From assembly GCA_964016885.1 (NCBI GenBank), contig OZ024742.1, forward strand, positions 159,464,001-159,528,000: a DNA stretch of 64,000 nt, given 5' to 3'. The position numbers were made by a program, and so were the translations under genes. Positions 12,218 to 24,970 of the stretch are shown here, piece after piece. This stretch comes from Eledone cirrhosa. Taxonomy: Eukaryota. Numbering within the stretch: the stretch's first letter is position 1; the number at the start of each line of letters is the position of its first letter. The notes under the pieces were generated by a model, which worked only from the letters and a program-made list of their open reading frames with translations, was not told the origin of the DNA and made no database searches.

Positions 12218-14709
12218 AACGCCTGGTAGATAACATCACCGGCTTTTCAATTCATGGCCAGGAAGCCAGTGATCCAATAGTCAGCCCCATGTTCTTCGTC
12301 GCTGCCGCTGGAGACGCCTACCATTCGTTGCTGGGTTCTTTCCCGGAGCTCACGGATGGAAATTTTCGAGTCACTGACCCAACACACTCGACCGAACATT
12401 TCGTTTCCACCACCGGTGCTCCAGTGTTTTCGCGTCAACGCCGCTTACCGACGGAACAATTAAAGGCAGCACGGTCCGAGTTCGACCATATGCTGCAGCT
12501 GGGCATTATTCGCCCATCTACGAGTCATTGGGCTTCACCGTTACACATGGTGCCCAAGACTTCCGGCGACTGGAGACCCACTGGGGATTATAGGAGGTTA
12601 AATGCCATGACCGTCCCGGATAGGTATCCCATTCCCCATCTCCATGATTTTGCATCTTCACTGCAGGGGTGTAAGATTTTTTCAAAGTTAGATTTAGTGC
12701 GAGCCTACCACCAAATTCCGGTTAGGAAGGAGGATATTCTGAAAACGGCGATTACAACCCCTTTCGGATCTTTCGAATTTTTGACCATGCCTTTCGGAAT
12801 CAGGAACGCCGCTAGCACTTTTCAGCGGTTCATAGACGAAGTCACGCGTGGTCTGGACTTCGTTTATGCTTACATAGACGATATTCTCGTCGCTAGTTCC
12901 TCTCGGGAAGAACATATGCGCCACATGCTTCTCTAATTTCGGCGACTTCAGGATTACCGCGTTCGCGTGAATCCTGCAAAGTGTGTTTTCGGTTCCACTT
13001 CCTTAAATTTTTTAGGCCACCTCATTGACGCCGAAGGTATTAGGCCGCTCCCTCAGGAGTTACCTCCGCCTACTACACTTCACCAGTTGCGTCACTTCTT
13101 AGGCCTAATCAATTTCTATAGGCGTTTCGTTCCTCATTGTGCTAATTTGCTATCTTCCCTTACGGACATTTAAAAAAATCGTCGTAAGAAGAATGAAGAC
13201 ATTTCCTTGACACAAGGACAGCTTCAAGACTTCCAGACTGCCAAGACAGCACTCGCTAGTTCATCTTTGCTAGCCCACCCGGTACCAGACGCCAAGCTTT
13301 CGCTTTGTGTTGATGCATCTGATACCGCTGTGGGAGCAGTTTTACAGCAGTCCTACGCTGAAAACCAACAACCTTTGGCATTTTTCTCGAGGAAGTTGAA
13401 ACCAGCAGAAACGCGTTATAGCACGTTTGGGCGGGATTATTATCCATATATCTGTCGGTGAAACATTTCTCTCATATTCTTGAGGGGAGAAATTTTACAG
13501 TTTTTACCGACCACAAACCGTTGACCTTCGTGATGTATCTACTGATGCACCACGACCACTTGTTCCTGAGACTCACCGTCGAATTGTGTTCCTGGCTTTA
13601 CACAACATTTCTCACCCAGGATCTGCTGCCACAGTAAAGCTCATAACAGCCAGATTCTTCTGGCCAAATATGAGGCGCGACATTGCTGCTTGGTGCGTTC
13701 CTGCATCGCTTGCCAGAAATGGAAGATCCATAGACACATCCGGACTCCACTTGGTACTTTCAGTACTCCAGATGCTCGGTTTCAACACATCCACATTGAC
13801 ATCGTTGGACCTTGGCCATTCAGCAGTGGATATTCATACATATTAACCTGTGTCGATCGTTTTTCGCGATGGTCTGAAGCCATCCCTTTACAAGACATGA
13901 CTGCTGAGACTGTAGCACGTGCCCTGGTATCAGGGTGGATTACCCGCTTTAGGGTACCAACTACACTCACCACAGACCATGTTAGACAATTCGAATTCCA
14001 TCTCTTCTCTGAGCTCACAAAAATAATTGGAGCTCAACGGATTCGGACCACAGCTTATCATCCTGCTTCAAATGGAATGGTGGAACGATTCCACCGCCAA
14101 TTAAAGGCCGCTCTTCGCGCCTATCCAGACTCTCAATGTTGGAGCGAGTACCTTCCTATTGTGTTGTTAGGAATTCGGTCATCAATAAAGGAGGACCTTG
14201 GGTTCTCCCCGGCCGAATTACTTTACGGTGCTCCTCTAGCGTTGCCTGGGCAAATGCTTGCCCCTGTTGATCTTGCTTTCCAAGATCCGCTTTCCTACGT
14301 ATCCCGTCTGCGTTCTTATTTTCAGGACCTGCCGCCGATGGATACGAGGAAACAAACTGTAAAACCTGCGGTCGCGAGGGATATTGCCTCGTGGACCCAT
14401 GTATTCGTAAGGAACGATGCTGTGAGACCACCCCTCACACAACTATACTCTGGACTCTACCGTGTGTTATCACGTACTGACAAACATTTCACTGTCGACG
14501 TTAAGGGGTCCAGAGAGACAATTTCGGTGGATAGACTGAAAAGGGCACACAATGACGCTCATACACCCGAGCCACAAATACCCCAATCTTTCTCTCTTGT
14601 GCATACACCTGCTCCTTCTGCCCCACCTTCACCTACATACAAGACTACGACCCGTTCCGGTCGGAGAGTCCACTGGCTCAAAAAGTTGTGTCAAACTATT
14701 TTTATGTGA
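12218..14709 (+). pseudogene. pol: Gypsy pol (RT-RH-IN), disrupted
   Basis: ORFs 12133-12936, 12967-13173, 13207-13461, 13586-13846, 13690-14709. Confidence 0.9.
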
Positions 14710-15662
14710 ACTGGCCACTGGAGCCTTATTTTTTTTTGCTGTTCTTGTTATTTATTGATTTATTGTATTACAATGTACCTCTCATTTCCATTTCACTGGA
14801 TGTATATATATATGTTTTTCGTTTCCTTTTACAACGAACATTTTAAGCTATATTCTTCTATTTGCCGGTTTATAAATTTAACACGTAAATTTGCCGTTGA
14901 AAACTGCGCATTTATTCAGAATGCTTATTGCTCTGGTCGCTGGCCTCTTGACCCTTCCAGGTCAACGCATTCACAACATCAACAACAACAACACAGCTTC
15001 ATCAACAACCAAAACCAACAGAACAAGCCAGAGAATTTATTTCTGCAGCACTCTTCCTGTGAGAAATTCCCTTCGGGAGTTGGAAATTTCACGTTATACC
15101 ACAGACCAAAAACCACCTGCATTCATTCTCTGGAACACATTCTTTACTGCTGTCATATGATTGCACACATGTGAACTGTATTTTGAACTTTGACCTCTTC
15201 TTTTACTTTTATTACATTGTATCATAATGTTCATGCCTCTTACATGCTCGCCATCTTACTCCATGCATGCTTCATTCGATTTTTATGTTTTAAAAATCTG
15301 GCGGGAGATAATGTAGCAAGAGTTGCCTCCCTTGTCATGACAATCTCATCACCGCTCTCTAAACAGGAAGTAGCTGGAGTTGCTTCCCTTTGGGGTTGAC
15401 AGACTCCCTGTTGGTCACTTCCGGTCAGACCCTATAAAAGGAACAGGTCAGGACAATCTTTCTCTCTCGCCTCCTGAAATCCAAAGTGGTAACACCTGCG
15501 ACCTTAGCATGAGATGATTCCTTTCTCTACACACTTCAGCCTGGAGTTGTGATCCACGGGTAACGATTCATTTATATTAATACCTTTGACTTCTATGAAG
15601 TAAAAACATTATCACAACACACACCGGCATTTATTGTCTTTTGTAATAATTTTATATGTACA
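12218..15662 (+). mobile_element. 5'-truncated Ty3/Gypsy element (CsRn1-like) with 3' LTR
   Basis: RT ([21 protein letters not shown]), RNase H (VDASD..VGAVLQQ, FFSRKL) and integrase ([19 protein letters not shown]). PPT GGCGGGAGATAA precedes LTR ~15312-15662 (TGT...ACA, TATAAAAG). No 5' LTR or gag in the window. Confidence 0.88.
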
Positions 15663-15742
15663 CCGATACTAATCTCCTAAATAGTCTCCCACGCCAAAAT
15701 GTGCGACTGATCGCGTTGACTGTATGTATGTATGTATGTATG

Positions 15743-16607
15743 CTATCTCTTTCTCTTAATTTCGAGTATATTTTTTTTGACCGGCCACCTTCCTGGTGGC
15801 AAGGTTGTAAAAGAAAAGAAATTGTCATCCCTTGACAAGAATGTTTTGCAAATTTTGAAGGTGCCAGCTATCGCAGCCATTTGTAGACTATGAATTAGGG
15901 AGCTGCGCTTTTTGTCCGCAAATCCAAGTTCGGTCATACTTTGGTCCAAGCGGGTTGGTATATAACCTGTAGCTCCAATAATGATGGGTATGAAGCTAAA
16001 GGTGTATCTTGGATACTGGATTTGTAAACTCCTCATCAAAGGTCCGTAGATGTCCTCCTTCTCCTGTATTTTTCTGACAACGTTTACATCAAGTGCGCAG
16101 CTGATCTCCACAACAGAACACGTTTTCAATGTGTGCTCCCAAACAACAATATCAAGCCGGTTGTGCTTTAATTTGGTGGCAGTTTTTATTTTCAGGTTCC
16201 ACCAGTATTCCTTAGTGCCATCTGTCTCAATATATTCTTCCTCGTTTGTTGTTAATTTTGTTTTCCGAAGTGCGTTCCAGATGGTTCTAGCTATCCCATC
16301 GTGTCTCATGGGGAGGTAGTAGCGAGATGACATTCTTTCGCAGCTGGCAACAATGTGGCTTACATCCTCGATCTTTGTTTTACATAGCCTACATTTATTG
16401 TCAGCTGCTGGCCCTCCCCTTTTGTACAGCAGATATTTGGTAGGGAGTTCTTGTTCCTGTATTGCATAGAGATATCCCTCAAGGTGTGATGTCATAAACT
16501 TGTCGGAACTCCTTGCCAGGCTTTTTGAGTGGTTTATCCCCTCTATGGTCTGTGTTTTACGTCTCAAGTATCCATGCACAACTTTTTCTGTAAATTGGCC
16601 AATTTTT
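15743..16607 (-). mobile_element. R4/Dong-like RLE-type LINE, 5'-truncated (family B), between (CATA)n tracts
   Basis: AIQEQELPT, CRLC..E...HIVASC, RHD, HNRLDIVV..VVEISC..KEDIY restriction-like endonuclease motifs; (TATG)n at 15721-15742 and 16609-16666. Confidence 0.85.
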
Positions 16608-16667
16608 TAATGTATGTATGTATGTATGTATGTATGTATGTATGTATGTATGTATGTATGTATGTAC

Positions 16668-16952
16668 TCTTGGTTAAGAGAGTGGGACTGGCTTTGTGCA
16701 GTGCCTTTGCTCACTATAAAAGCTTCACGGCACAGGCATTGCTTTATATCTGGAGATCTCTCTGCACTTGTCATCACAGGGTACAATGGGCCCAGCACTA
16801 TGTGTCTGTAATTGTCACAAGTGTAGTGTTTGTACCAGAGTTTTCAAGTCGCTGGCTGGACTAAAAAGTCACACTCGTTCAGCGCATCAGTAGGGGTTCT
16901 CCTACATGGATATAAAGTAGAGGCCGTACTCGAAAACGAGTTGGCAGCCACC
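16668..16952 (+). mobile_element. RTE-type LINE-derived 3' fragment with (ATGT)n tail
   Basis: Encodes terminal C2H2 finger KCSVCTRVFKSLAGLKSHTRSAHQ* (from 16819); near-identical to 36335-36619 in reverse. Confidence 0.75.
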
Positions 16953-17438
16953 ATGTATGCATGTATGTATACTAGATGTACTAAATACCAGTGCCTTGTG
17001 TTATACACACATCAGTATTCTGATGATTTGATCAGACAAACACTGTAATTAAGGTCGAGTGACGTAATTTCTAACGATCAGCGGCTTTTAGACTCACCTA
17101 ATTAATGAAACAATTGTTAATATTGTAAATAAACCCTTTTTGTACAGCCGACCATGTTATTCTTAATTCTTTTACTATATATATATATACATACGGCACT
17201 GAATTTGTTTTGCAAGGTTTTTGATATGAAATCGTGTGCTGAAACAAATATTGTTATAGTTATATATATTTAACTGTTGGTCAATCAATGATAAACACTG
17301 ATTGCCAGCTTAACTAACTATAAGGATATAAGATTATACGGAAGCAAAAACCAACCCAAATCTAACAGTGAGTGTTTTATTATATATTTCTGACAAATTT
17401 ATAACAATATGACCCTCCCCAAATATAACAATATAACA

Positions 17439-17445
<7 letters not shown>

Positions 17446-17509
<64 letters not shown>

Positions 17510-17553
17510 TGTGGGTGTGTAGGTGTGTGTGTGTGTGTGTGTGTAGGTGTGTG
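17446..17553. repeat. (GT)n microsatellite
   Basis: Seen directly. Confidence 0.95.
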
Positions 17554-17879
17554 TATATAGAAGTCTTCGCAATACTTAGACCATCCTCTGATAACATCAT
17601 TTTCACGTGTGAGGAGTGAACCTGCTTTGTACTTAATAACAGTGGTGAGAGGCTGTTTTGTTTTTGGTAATATATTGAGAGTTTCATAAGCAGCCTTCTT
17701 ATTGCTTCTTTATCTGCTAATCCATTAAGTTGGTCATCTTTAGATTCCATTTTAAATTAATCACATAAGTCTAAGGATGTTATCAATGGCCCATGGTATA
17801 TTTTTCGATTTTCCTTTTCCAAGCAATTATAAAACTGTTTCATGAGGTGCTTCTTTGATGTTGTCAGTCAGGAAGTTTA

Positions 17880-18560
17880 TAATTTCTGCTGGTAAGTTGA
17901 GGGCTTCAAACCTACCACCCACTTTGGCCACAAGCATTGCTGCAACTTGGGTATATTTTAGTTTATTCACACAAACCTAATGCTTGTAGTCCTTTGTTTT
18001 ATAGATTTCTTTTCGTGAACTCCAGTGTCGTTAAAACCAAAGCATGATCACTGTTGACATCCGCACCAGAGAAGGTATTAGTCCTGGTATTGAACTTTTG
18101 ATGTGCGGACATTATTATGTATCCTGCCATTGGGTGCATTTCATGTTCTTCCCCGTGAAGTCTTGTATGGGGACAGGGCGTTGTATAAGGCCAGCTTGTG
18201 GGTGCTAGCAAATACTAGGAGTCAGAGTCCATGATCAGTGTTTCTTTCTGATCCTCAATTGCCCATCTATCCCTATCCTGGCCTTATTTGGAATTCCTGT
18301 TTCTTAAGACGATGAGGATATCTTTCTGTGGAGCTACTCTGGTTATCGTCTCTAGTTATTCATAAAAGTGTTGAAGCATAGACTTGTATGATGGTAATGT
18401 TCTGTAGTCTTGTAGCCACACATTGTTATGGATAACTGAAATTGATAATTGAAATCACTCTGGTTTTGTCAACAATTTTGTGGCCTCAACCTTTCTTTCA
18501 TCAGATCCAGTCCACTTAACTTCAGCCAGTTGTAAAATATCCCATTTAGCTGGTGTGTAA
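17880..18560 (-). pseudogene. Degenerate RTE-type APE endonuclease fragment
   Basis: WDILQLAEVKWTG and SGADVNSDHALV motifs. Confidence 0.6.
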
Positions 18561-18779
18561 GTTTTTTCCTCCTTCCACAAGCATACAGAGTACCGACGTT
18601 CCAAGTTCAAAAGACAATTTTTTTTGGAGAGAGTGATGGCTGTTGATGTAGATGTCATTGTAATTGTTGTTGTTGTTAAACATTGATTACTTTCACCCTA
18701 GGAATGGAAGTGAAGAAAGCGCCCATTCGTCTTACAGACCTCAACCGATTTGCCACATTTTTTTTACTCTGTGTCCATG

Positions 18780-19095
18780 CATGCCATTTCAGTAAACTTA
18801 AGAAATGCTTGGCGGAACCCATCTCCTCTCCAAGCATACAATTCTACACTAAGTATAGCCAAATAACAAGAGCAATTACCGGGATGTAGCAGAAAGTTTT
18901 CCTATGAGGCACAAATTGTACAAGTCCATGGTGACATCAATCCTTCTGTATGGATGTGAGAGCTGGACACTTACGGACAACATGGAATGAAGAAACTAGA
19001 CGTTCAAACACATGATTCAGAAGGTTGCTCGGCATCTCATAAACAGGGAACAAGAAAACAACTTTTTAAGGCAGCAAGTCAAAAAATATACTGGC
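18780..19095 (+). pseudogene. Degenerate RTE-type RT C-terminal fragment
   Basis: LYKSMVTSILLYGCESWTL at ~18917-18973. Confidence 0.6.
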
Positions 19096-19393
19096 ATGGC
19101 TTCCTAATTTATCAATAACAAAAAGCATGAAAAGAAAAGTTGACCACTGTAGGATTTAAGCCCAGAGAGTTAAGAGGCAGAATAAATACCAAAGCATTTA
19201 AACTGAAGCATAAGCAATGTTGCCAATTCGCAGCAAACAAACTCAACTTGAAATAACAAGACAGTAGAGTGCAATATAAACATTTATTTATACACTAGAT
19301 TACAAGTTTGTAGATCAAGATTATTCGCATAATGTAGGTTCAAAATTTTCTCTTGCAATTCCCACTGTATTTATTCCTGCACATATAATATAA

Positions 19394-19515
19394 TCTCTCT
19401 CTATATAAAATTCTTTGTCTCTCTGCCTGTCTGTTCCTATGTATTCTCAAACGGCTGGACCAAATCAAATCAAATTTTACAAAGTAATAGTATTAGACCC
19501 CGGGAGTTTCAACAT
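19394..19515 (+). mobile_element. Possible 5' end of a non-autonomous Helitron-like element
   Basis: TC..TATATAAAA, GTCT repeats, then AAACGGCTGGACC, a layout typical of non-autonomous invertebrate Helitrons. No clear CTAG 3' end found. Confidence 0.4.
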
Positions 19516-19624
19516 GTAATTTTTATTTTCATTTATATTAAAATAATATAATATTTTATCTAAAATAATATTTCTTTAGTGAATTATAGTAAACCACGAC
19601 GACGACGACGACGAGTCAAATTTT

Positions 19625-19650
19625 GTATATGAGTGTGTATGTGTCTGTGA

Positions 19651-19681
<31 letters not shown>

Positions 19682-19693
19682 TATGTGTGTATG

Positions 19694-19743
<50 letters not shown>

Positions 19744-20280
19744 TGAGTTCGTTATTACGTAAGTTGCATACACATTATCTTCACACACAGACAAATACGC
19801 ACACATCTATACATACAGATACATATGTGATGACAGACAGGTGTGTGTGGATGTATGCCTGTGTGTGTCTGTCTTAGTATATGTATATGAGTGCATGTTA
19901 GAGTGTATGTGAGAGTCTATGTGAGTGTATGTGAGAGTGTATGTGTGTGTGTGCATGTATGTGTGTGTGAGTGTATGTGTGCGTGTATATTTGTGTGAGT
20001 GTATGTGTGATTGTATGTCTGTGCGAGTGTATGTGTGATAATTTTTATTTTCATTTGCCTTAAAACAATAGAAAACAACACACCGATGTCTCATTTTGTA
20101 TATGAATATGTATGTGTCTGTGAGTGTGTGTGTACGCGCGTTCATTAGGTACGTGATGAAATACACACACATCTACACTTATGTAGCAACTGATGAAAAA
20201 TGAGGTGAAAAATTATGAGTGTGTCTGCGTGATGTATGTCTGTCTTAGTATATGTATATGAGAGTATATGTACGTGTGTA
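19625..20280. repeat. Degenerate GT/GTAT low-complexity repeat
   Basis: Seen directly. Confidence 0.85.
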
Positions 20281-20923
20281 GCAACAATTTATTCATTTGG
20301 ACACCAACAAAAAATTACGCAATGAATAATGTTTACCCTAAGGTGTTTCAAGATTGACAGATTTTCATTTATAAATTCTATTATCATTACATATTTTGAT
20401 ATTTAAAAAAATAAAATATAGATATTTTGAAATAATTATGAGAAAAAAAAACATATCTTCATATTCATTGTTTACTAATCTGATAGAGTCGTAGGGGCAC
20501 CGTATAGTCATACGGCGTTTCTTGGGAATTTTAAGCCGGGCGGAGCCCATCCCTCTTCAGGCCTGTGTACACCAGATTTCTCTCTCTCTCTCTCTCTCTC
20601 TCTGTATATGTATATATATATATATATCTTGGTTGTTTACCATAATATATATGCAGTTGAAAGCAACCCTAACGGGCTGACCTGTTTCTAGAAAAACTGA
20701 CCGAAGAATTCCAATAGACTTTCGGCTTCGGCGTTGATATAGTATCTGATCAATGAAGTGAAGGAATGTCCTTTAGACCCTGGAATTCGTTCATTCTAAA
20801 TCATATGCTTTCAGTTCCTCAGAGGATTAACACCACACTCTAGATCTGAACATATCAACGAATTAAGAAGTTAAAAATATATTCCAGCATTATGGTTTCC
20901 TGTTTTTTCTGTTCAAGCTTTAA

Positions 20924-20979
20924 CTGCCTGATGAGGTCATAGCTGTTGAATAATGCTATCACTGAAATGTATATAGCAG
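20924..20979 (+). ncRNA. Minimal type I hammerhead ribozyme (Penelope pLTR-type)
   Basis: ctgc-CTGATGA-ggtcatagc..gctatcact-GAAA-tgtata-TA-gcag; P1 and P2 pair; followed by AATAAA and (TA)n. Confidence 0.7.
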
Positions 20980-21043
20980 CGAATATGAATAAACGAAGTT
21001 AATTTTAACCTGTTGACTTACACGTCTTGTTTATATATATATA

Positions 21044-22481
21044 TATCAAAATAAAGATCCGAAGGCATGGTATAAATTTCCAATCATTTTAATCACGGCA
21101 CATGTTTCAATAAGAGACAGATCGATCATGACTACACGATCGAGGTTCTATGCTGGCAGGTGTTGAAAAAGTCCGCTCTCCTATTGATTAGTAGGGGGCC
21201 GCCTCTAATTATATTAAAGGTTTCAGCTATACATAAATTACAAACGCCCGTGCTGCGGTTATATGGCTGGGCTGAGCAAACTATGGACCAGGATAAGGAG
21301 TGCTCTATACTCTGTTGTTTAAGCTTCCAGACTAATTCAGAAAGCGCCGTGCTATTTTTTAAATCTAATCTATTAAAGGTATGGCGGTGATTATACCATC
21401 TATCCTTAAATTCAGTGGCAATACTACTTACACGCCATTAATGGGCTTACACACATCCCGGGGTTTTGTTATTTTATTTTATTTTGTGTTGGGTAACACA
21501 CCTCCACCACTAAAACACTTATCTTAAAAGCCCGAGGGCCCATATGACGGGAAAACGCACACACTGACACCTTAACTCAAATACCCAACCCTACATGGAG
21601 CCCCTTGGTGGCCTACATGGCGGGTGCTTGCACGCACAGACTCGGGGACTCAGATTCTCAACGGGACAACGGCACATACAGCGTTCGATACGGGCTGACT
21701 ACTTGCTCTACATATGGATGTGTATATACCAAAAGATACACTATTTAGACGATACGGATGTTACAATTCAATCGATACACATATAGCAGAACGTTGAACG
21801 GAATTTACTTGCGTGTGTATAGGGTTGTGGTTGACCCAATTTTTCTAATTTACATCGTTAAAATTGAGATTTGACCAATATAACATTTGTTGTTTTGTAA
21901 CCTAACTTTCGGTACATACTGTGTTGGTATATATATTTTTTCTCTGACCTTGCGTCGCTGTGTGTGAGTGTGTGTGTACTCACTCACACTAATTGTGACC
22001 GACCGAAATTCTACAGATTTGATACTGAGATTAGACCTGTCCAGCGTCTTTTACAGCTATTGACCTGTCTTATCTCAAATGGGACAACTTGATAGATTTA
22101 TGACCCTGACTGAAGACGATAGCAGTTGGCGTGTTTTGGCTGCTGAATCTTCATATGGGGAACAAAACTCTAGTGAGTGAATATCGTTAGATTTTCCTCC
22201 CTCATATCAAAGATTTGAAGACAATTCATTATTCACCTGGTGAGATCAGTGATAATCGATCATGACCACACGATCGATCTGTCTCTTATTGAAACATGTG
22301 TCGTGATCAAAATGATTGGAAATTTATACCATGCCTTCGGATCTTTATTTTGATACAAATACTTCGCTTTACATCATCTAGCTGTTCCCATAAATGGAAT
22401 TGGAGATATACAAAAGCGTGGAGAACTTAATATTGCTAACAAAAGTGTATTGGACCGTATGACACAACTAATAATACACCT

Positions 22482-22485
<4 letters not shown>
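21044..22485 (+). mobile_element. Penelope-like non-coding element with inverted partial pLTR
   Basis: 84-bp inverted repeat 21044-21127 / 22272-22355; degenerate hammerhead at 22233-22306; (TA)n on both flanks. Confidence 0.6.
22233..22306 (+). ncRNA. Degenerate hammerhead ribozyme (core CTGGTGA)
   Basis: tcac-CTGGTGA-long P2 hairpin-GAAA-catgtg-TC-gtga; the A6G core change probably inactivates it. Confidence 0.5.
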
Positions 22486-22550
<65 letters not shown>

Positions 22551-22590
22551 ACACAAATAACGATCAAATTGTGTTTAAAAACATTTAATA

Positions 22591-22635
22591 GCTTACGATC
22601 GTTTCATCCAGATATAGGTCTGGTTTCATCGGAGC
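22591..22635 (-). ncRNA. Minimal hammerhead ribozyme at the 3' end of a Penelope element
   Basis: Minus strand gct-CCGATGA-aaccaga..tctggat-GAAA-cgatcg-TA-agc; palindromic P3 ACGATCGT; U4C variant. Confidence 0.65.
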
Positions 22636-23948
22636 ATATATAGGTTAAAAAAACATATTCCTAATCACTAGAACATTTAGCAGGATACATTGTAGGTGAG
22701 AAGACTGATTATAAGTGTTAACACCAATATATTAAAGAGCAAGAGCATAAGAAAGTTGAACAGATATAAAAATAGTAATGAAATATTATAATGAAAAATT
22801 CTATTAAAGCTATAATATAAATAATTGGAGGTATATGTTATATATAAGGATATGGTTATTACTTTTAGCAAACATTTTTAATAAGAATATTATAGCAATA
22901 ATATTATATTAAAAATATTAATTACAATAGAGTACATGCAATATAAGTAAGAAAATGGTATAGTGAAAACATAAATGTGGGTATTAAAAATTATAAATAC
23001 CAAAATATATATTGATTTTAGGCAAAAAGTTTTATAATATTAGTCATAATGTTCATGCAATAGAATATATAGCCCATGCATAGAAAGCCTAGAAGCATTG
23101 AGTACATAATTGAAGAGTTCGAAAACATAGTCAAAAATCAAATAATCCCAAAATATGGAGTTCAAGAAGTTTTTCCTTAAGGTTATAATAACAGTGTGAG
23201 TACCAATCCGATGTCCTTGCAGTCCTGTCATACCAGATGTTTCAATTCTATATATATAATCAATACTATCACTTCCATTCAGTAAATAACGTCGAGTGAT
23301 TATATGTAGTTAAGGCACTTGCTGCTCAACATTTTCAAAATAGCATCTCATGCTGGACTAGCTTAAAGTTCAAATATCAGTTAGCAAAATCCTTTGGACT
23401 GTGATGAATTTGTATTAAACCGTTAAAATTTGAAAGGGATGGAAAAATAGAGATACATAGACTAAGGGAGGTAATTTAAATAAAGGAGCTAATTTACATG
23501 TTTACAATTATATAATTATTAAACTTATAAATATAGAGTTATTGACTTATAAAATAAAATAATATTAAGAAAAATTAAAATATTAAGAAATATTAAAAAA
23601 ATTCTTATATATTACAAGGTTATAAACAATTGTCATTTGTTACATAGTTATCCTTTGTGTTGTTAAAATACATTCTTTAGAATGTTAAAGTATTATTATT
23701 CAATATAAAAACTTTTTACATGTAATAGAAAGACATTTTTAATAGTAAAGCATTTTTTGCCAGACTAAAATTGGTACATACTCATGTTAAATTTATAATA
23801 TACACAATGTGACCATTATTACCAGCCACTTATTATATATTATATTTATTTATATTTACTATAAGAGTGATTAGTAACAGTCTTATATTATCCATCCTAA
23901 ATACAAGTAATGATATTAATTCACAAACATTATTAATATTCACAACCA

Positions 23949-24052
23949 TGAGGTTAACTTTGCCTTTCATCCTTACTGGGTCGATAACATAAAGTACCAG
24001 TTATGAACTGGGTAATTGCTGGCCTTGTGCCAAAACGTAGAAACAATTATTA
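23949..24052 (+). mobile_element. MetaSINE-like 3' fragment
   Basis: GCCTTTCATCCTT..GGGTCGATAA..AAGTACCAG core and AGAAACAATTATT end. Confidence 0.75.
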
Positions 24053-24970
24053 CCATATGTTGAGTATTAAGGAAAGTAATTAAAAGGGAAAGTAGTAAAA
24101 TAATTAAAGGGAAAATAATTAAAGAAGGTATATTATGTACTTATTTATTCTATTATAGGTGTTACTAAGAGAATAAGGTATAAATCTAAGATAAGTGGTA
24201 GTAAAATGAAATTGTAAGAAATGTATTAATATATTAAGGTGATGGTAACAGAGTGATTGTTACAATCAAAATAAAAAATTAAAATGTGCCTAGGTTCAAT
24301 GGGGTGGTTCAGGTATATTAAATAATATGATGGGTCCAATGCGCGATATAGGAGAAAGGTTACTGGTATATAATATTCTAATATATTAATTAGATGATTT
24401 AAAGCTAAAATATTGCAAATGTGGGTTTAAATCTGACATTGTTATAAATTAGCTGCTAGGTTTAAAATAATGAAAAGAGTGTTGGTAAGTGTGTGGACAC
24501 GTGGAAAATATTTCAGATTTTTTATTTAGTAAATTTAGTTTAGAATAAATAATAGTGCGAAACTCAAGAAGGCAGAGGTTACAAAGTTTGTTGGGAGGTT
24601 TATAAGCTAACACATTCCATTGTATGGTACAAGGTTTATTGTTTGTTTTCAAAGATGTATAGGTAGATAAAGAAGTAGCATGTTTCAGTTTAGAATTTTT
24701 GAACTTATGAAGATGGGAATTATATCTCGTCTCAAAACTATTCGAGGTAGAACCAATATAAGTTTTAGAAATTGTAGATGTGGTGACCGTACAGGAATGA
24801 ACAAGATCCTTAATTAGGCAATTGTTTCCCAGAGGGCACATTTTATTCGGTCTACAGTTACAGTTGATATAGTTATGGGTAGATTGGTCTTGAGGGTGTG
24901 TGAGTGTAGGGTTATTAGAGTTAGATAAGCGAGTGTTGAGATTATTATTATTATTATTATTATTATTATT

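Larger units (their letters stand above)
22550..24940 (-). mobile_element. Penelope-like element, 3' part (GIY-YIG endonuclease + AT-rich 3' region)
   Basis: CNC..CPL..CL linker, SKTYIGST..F..RY..H and CNLCLLE motifs (ORF 24449-24841). Confidence 0.8.

Noticed and set aside
14755-15174. ORFs between Gypsy integrase and 3' LTR as a possible env
   Set aside because: Short and low-complexity; no signal peptide/furin/TM architecture.
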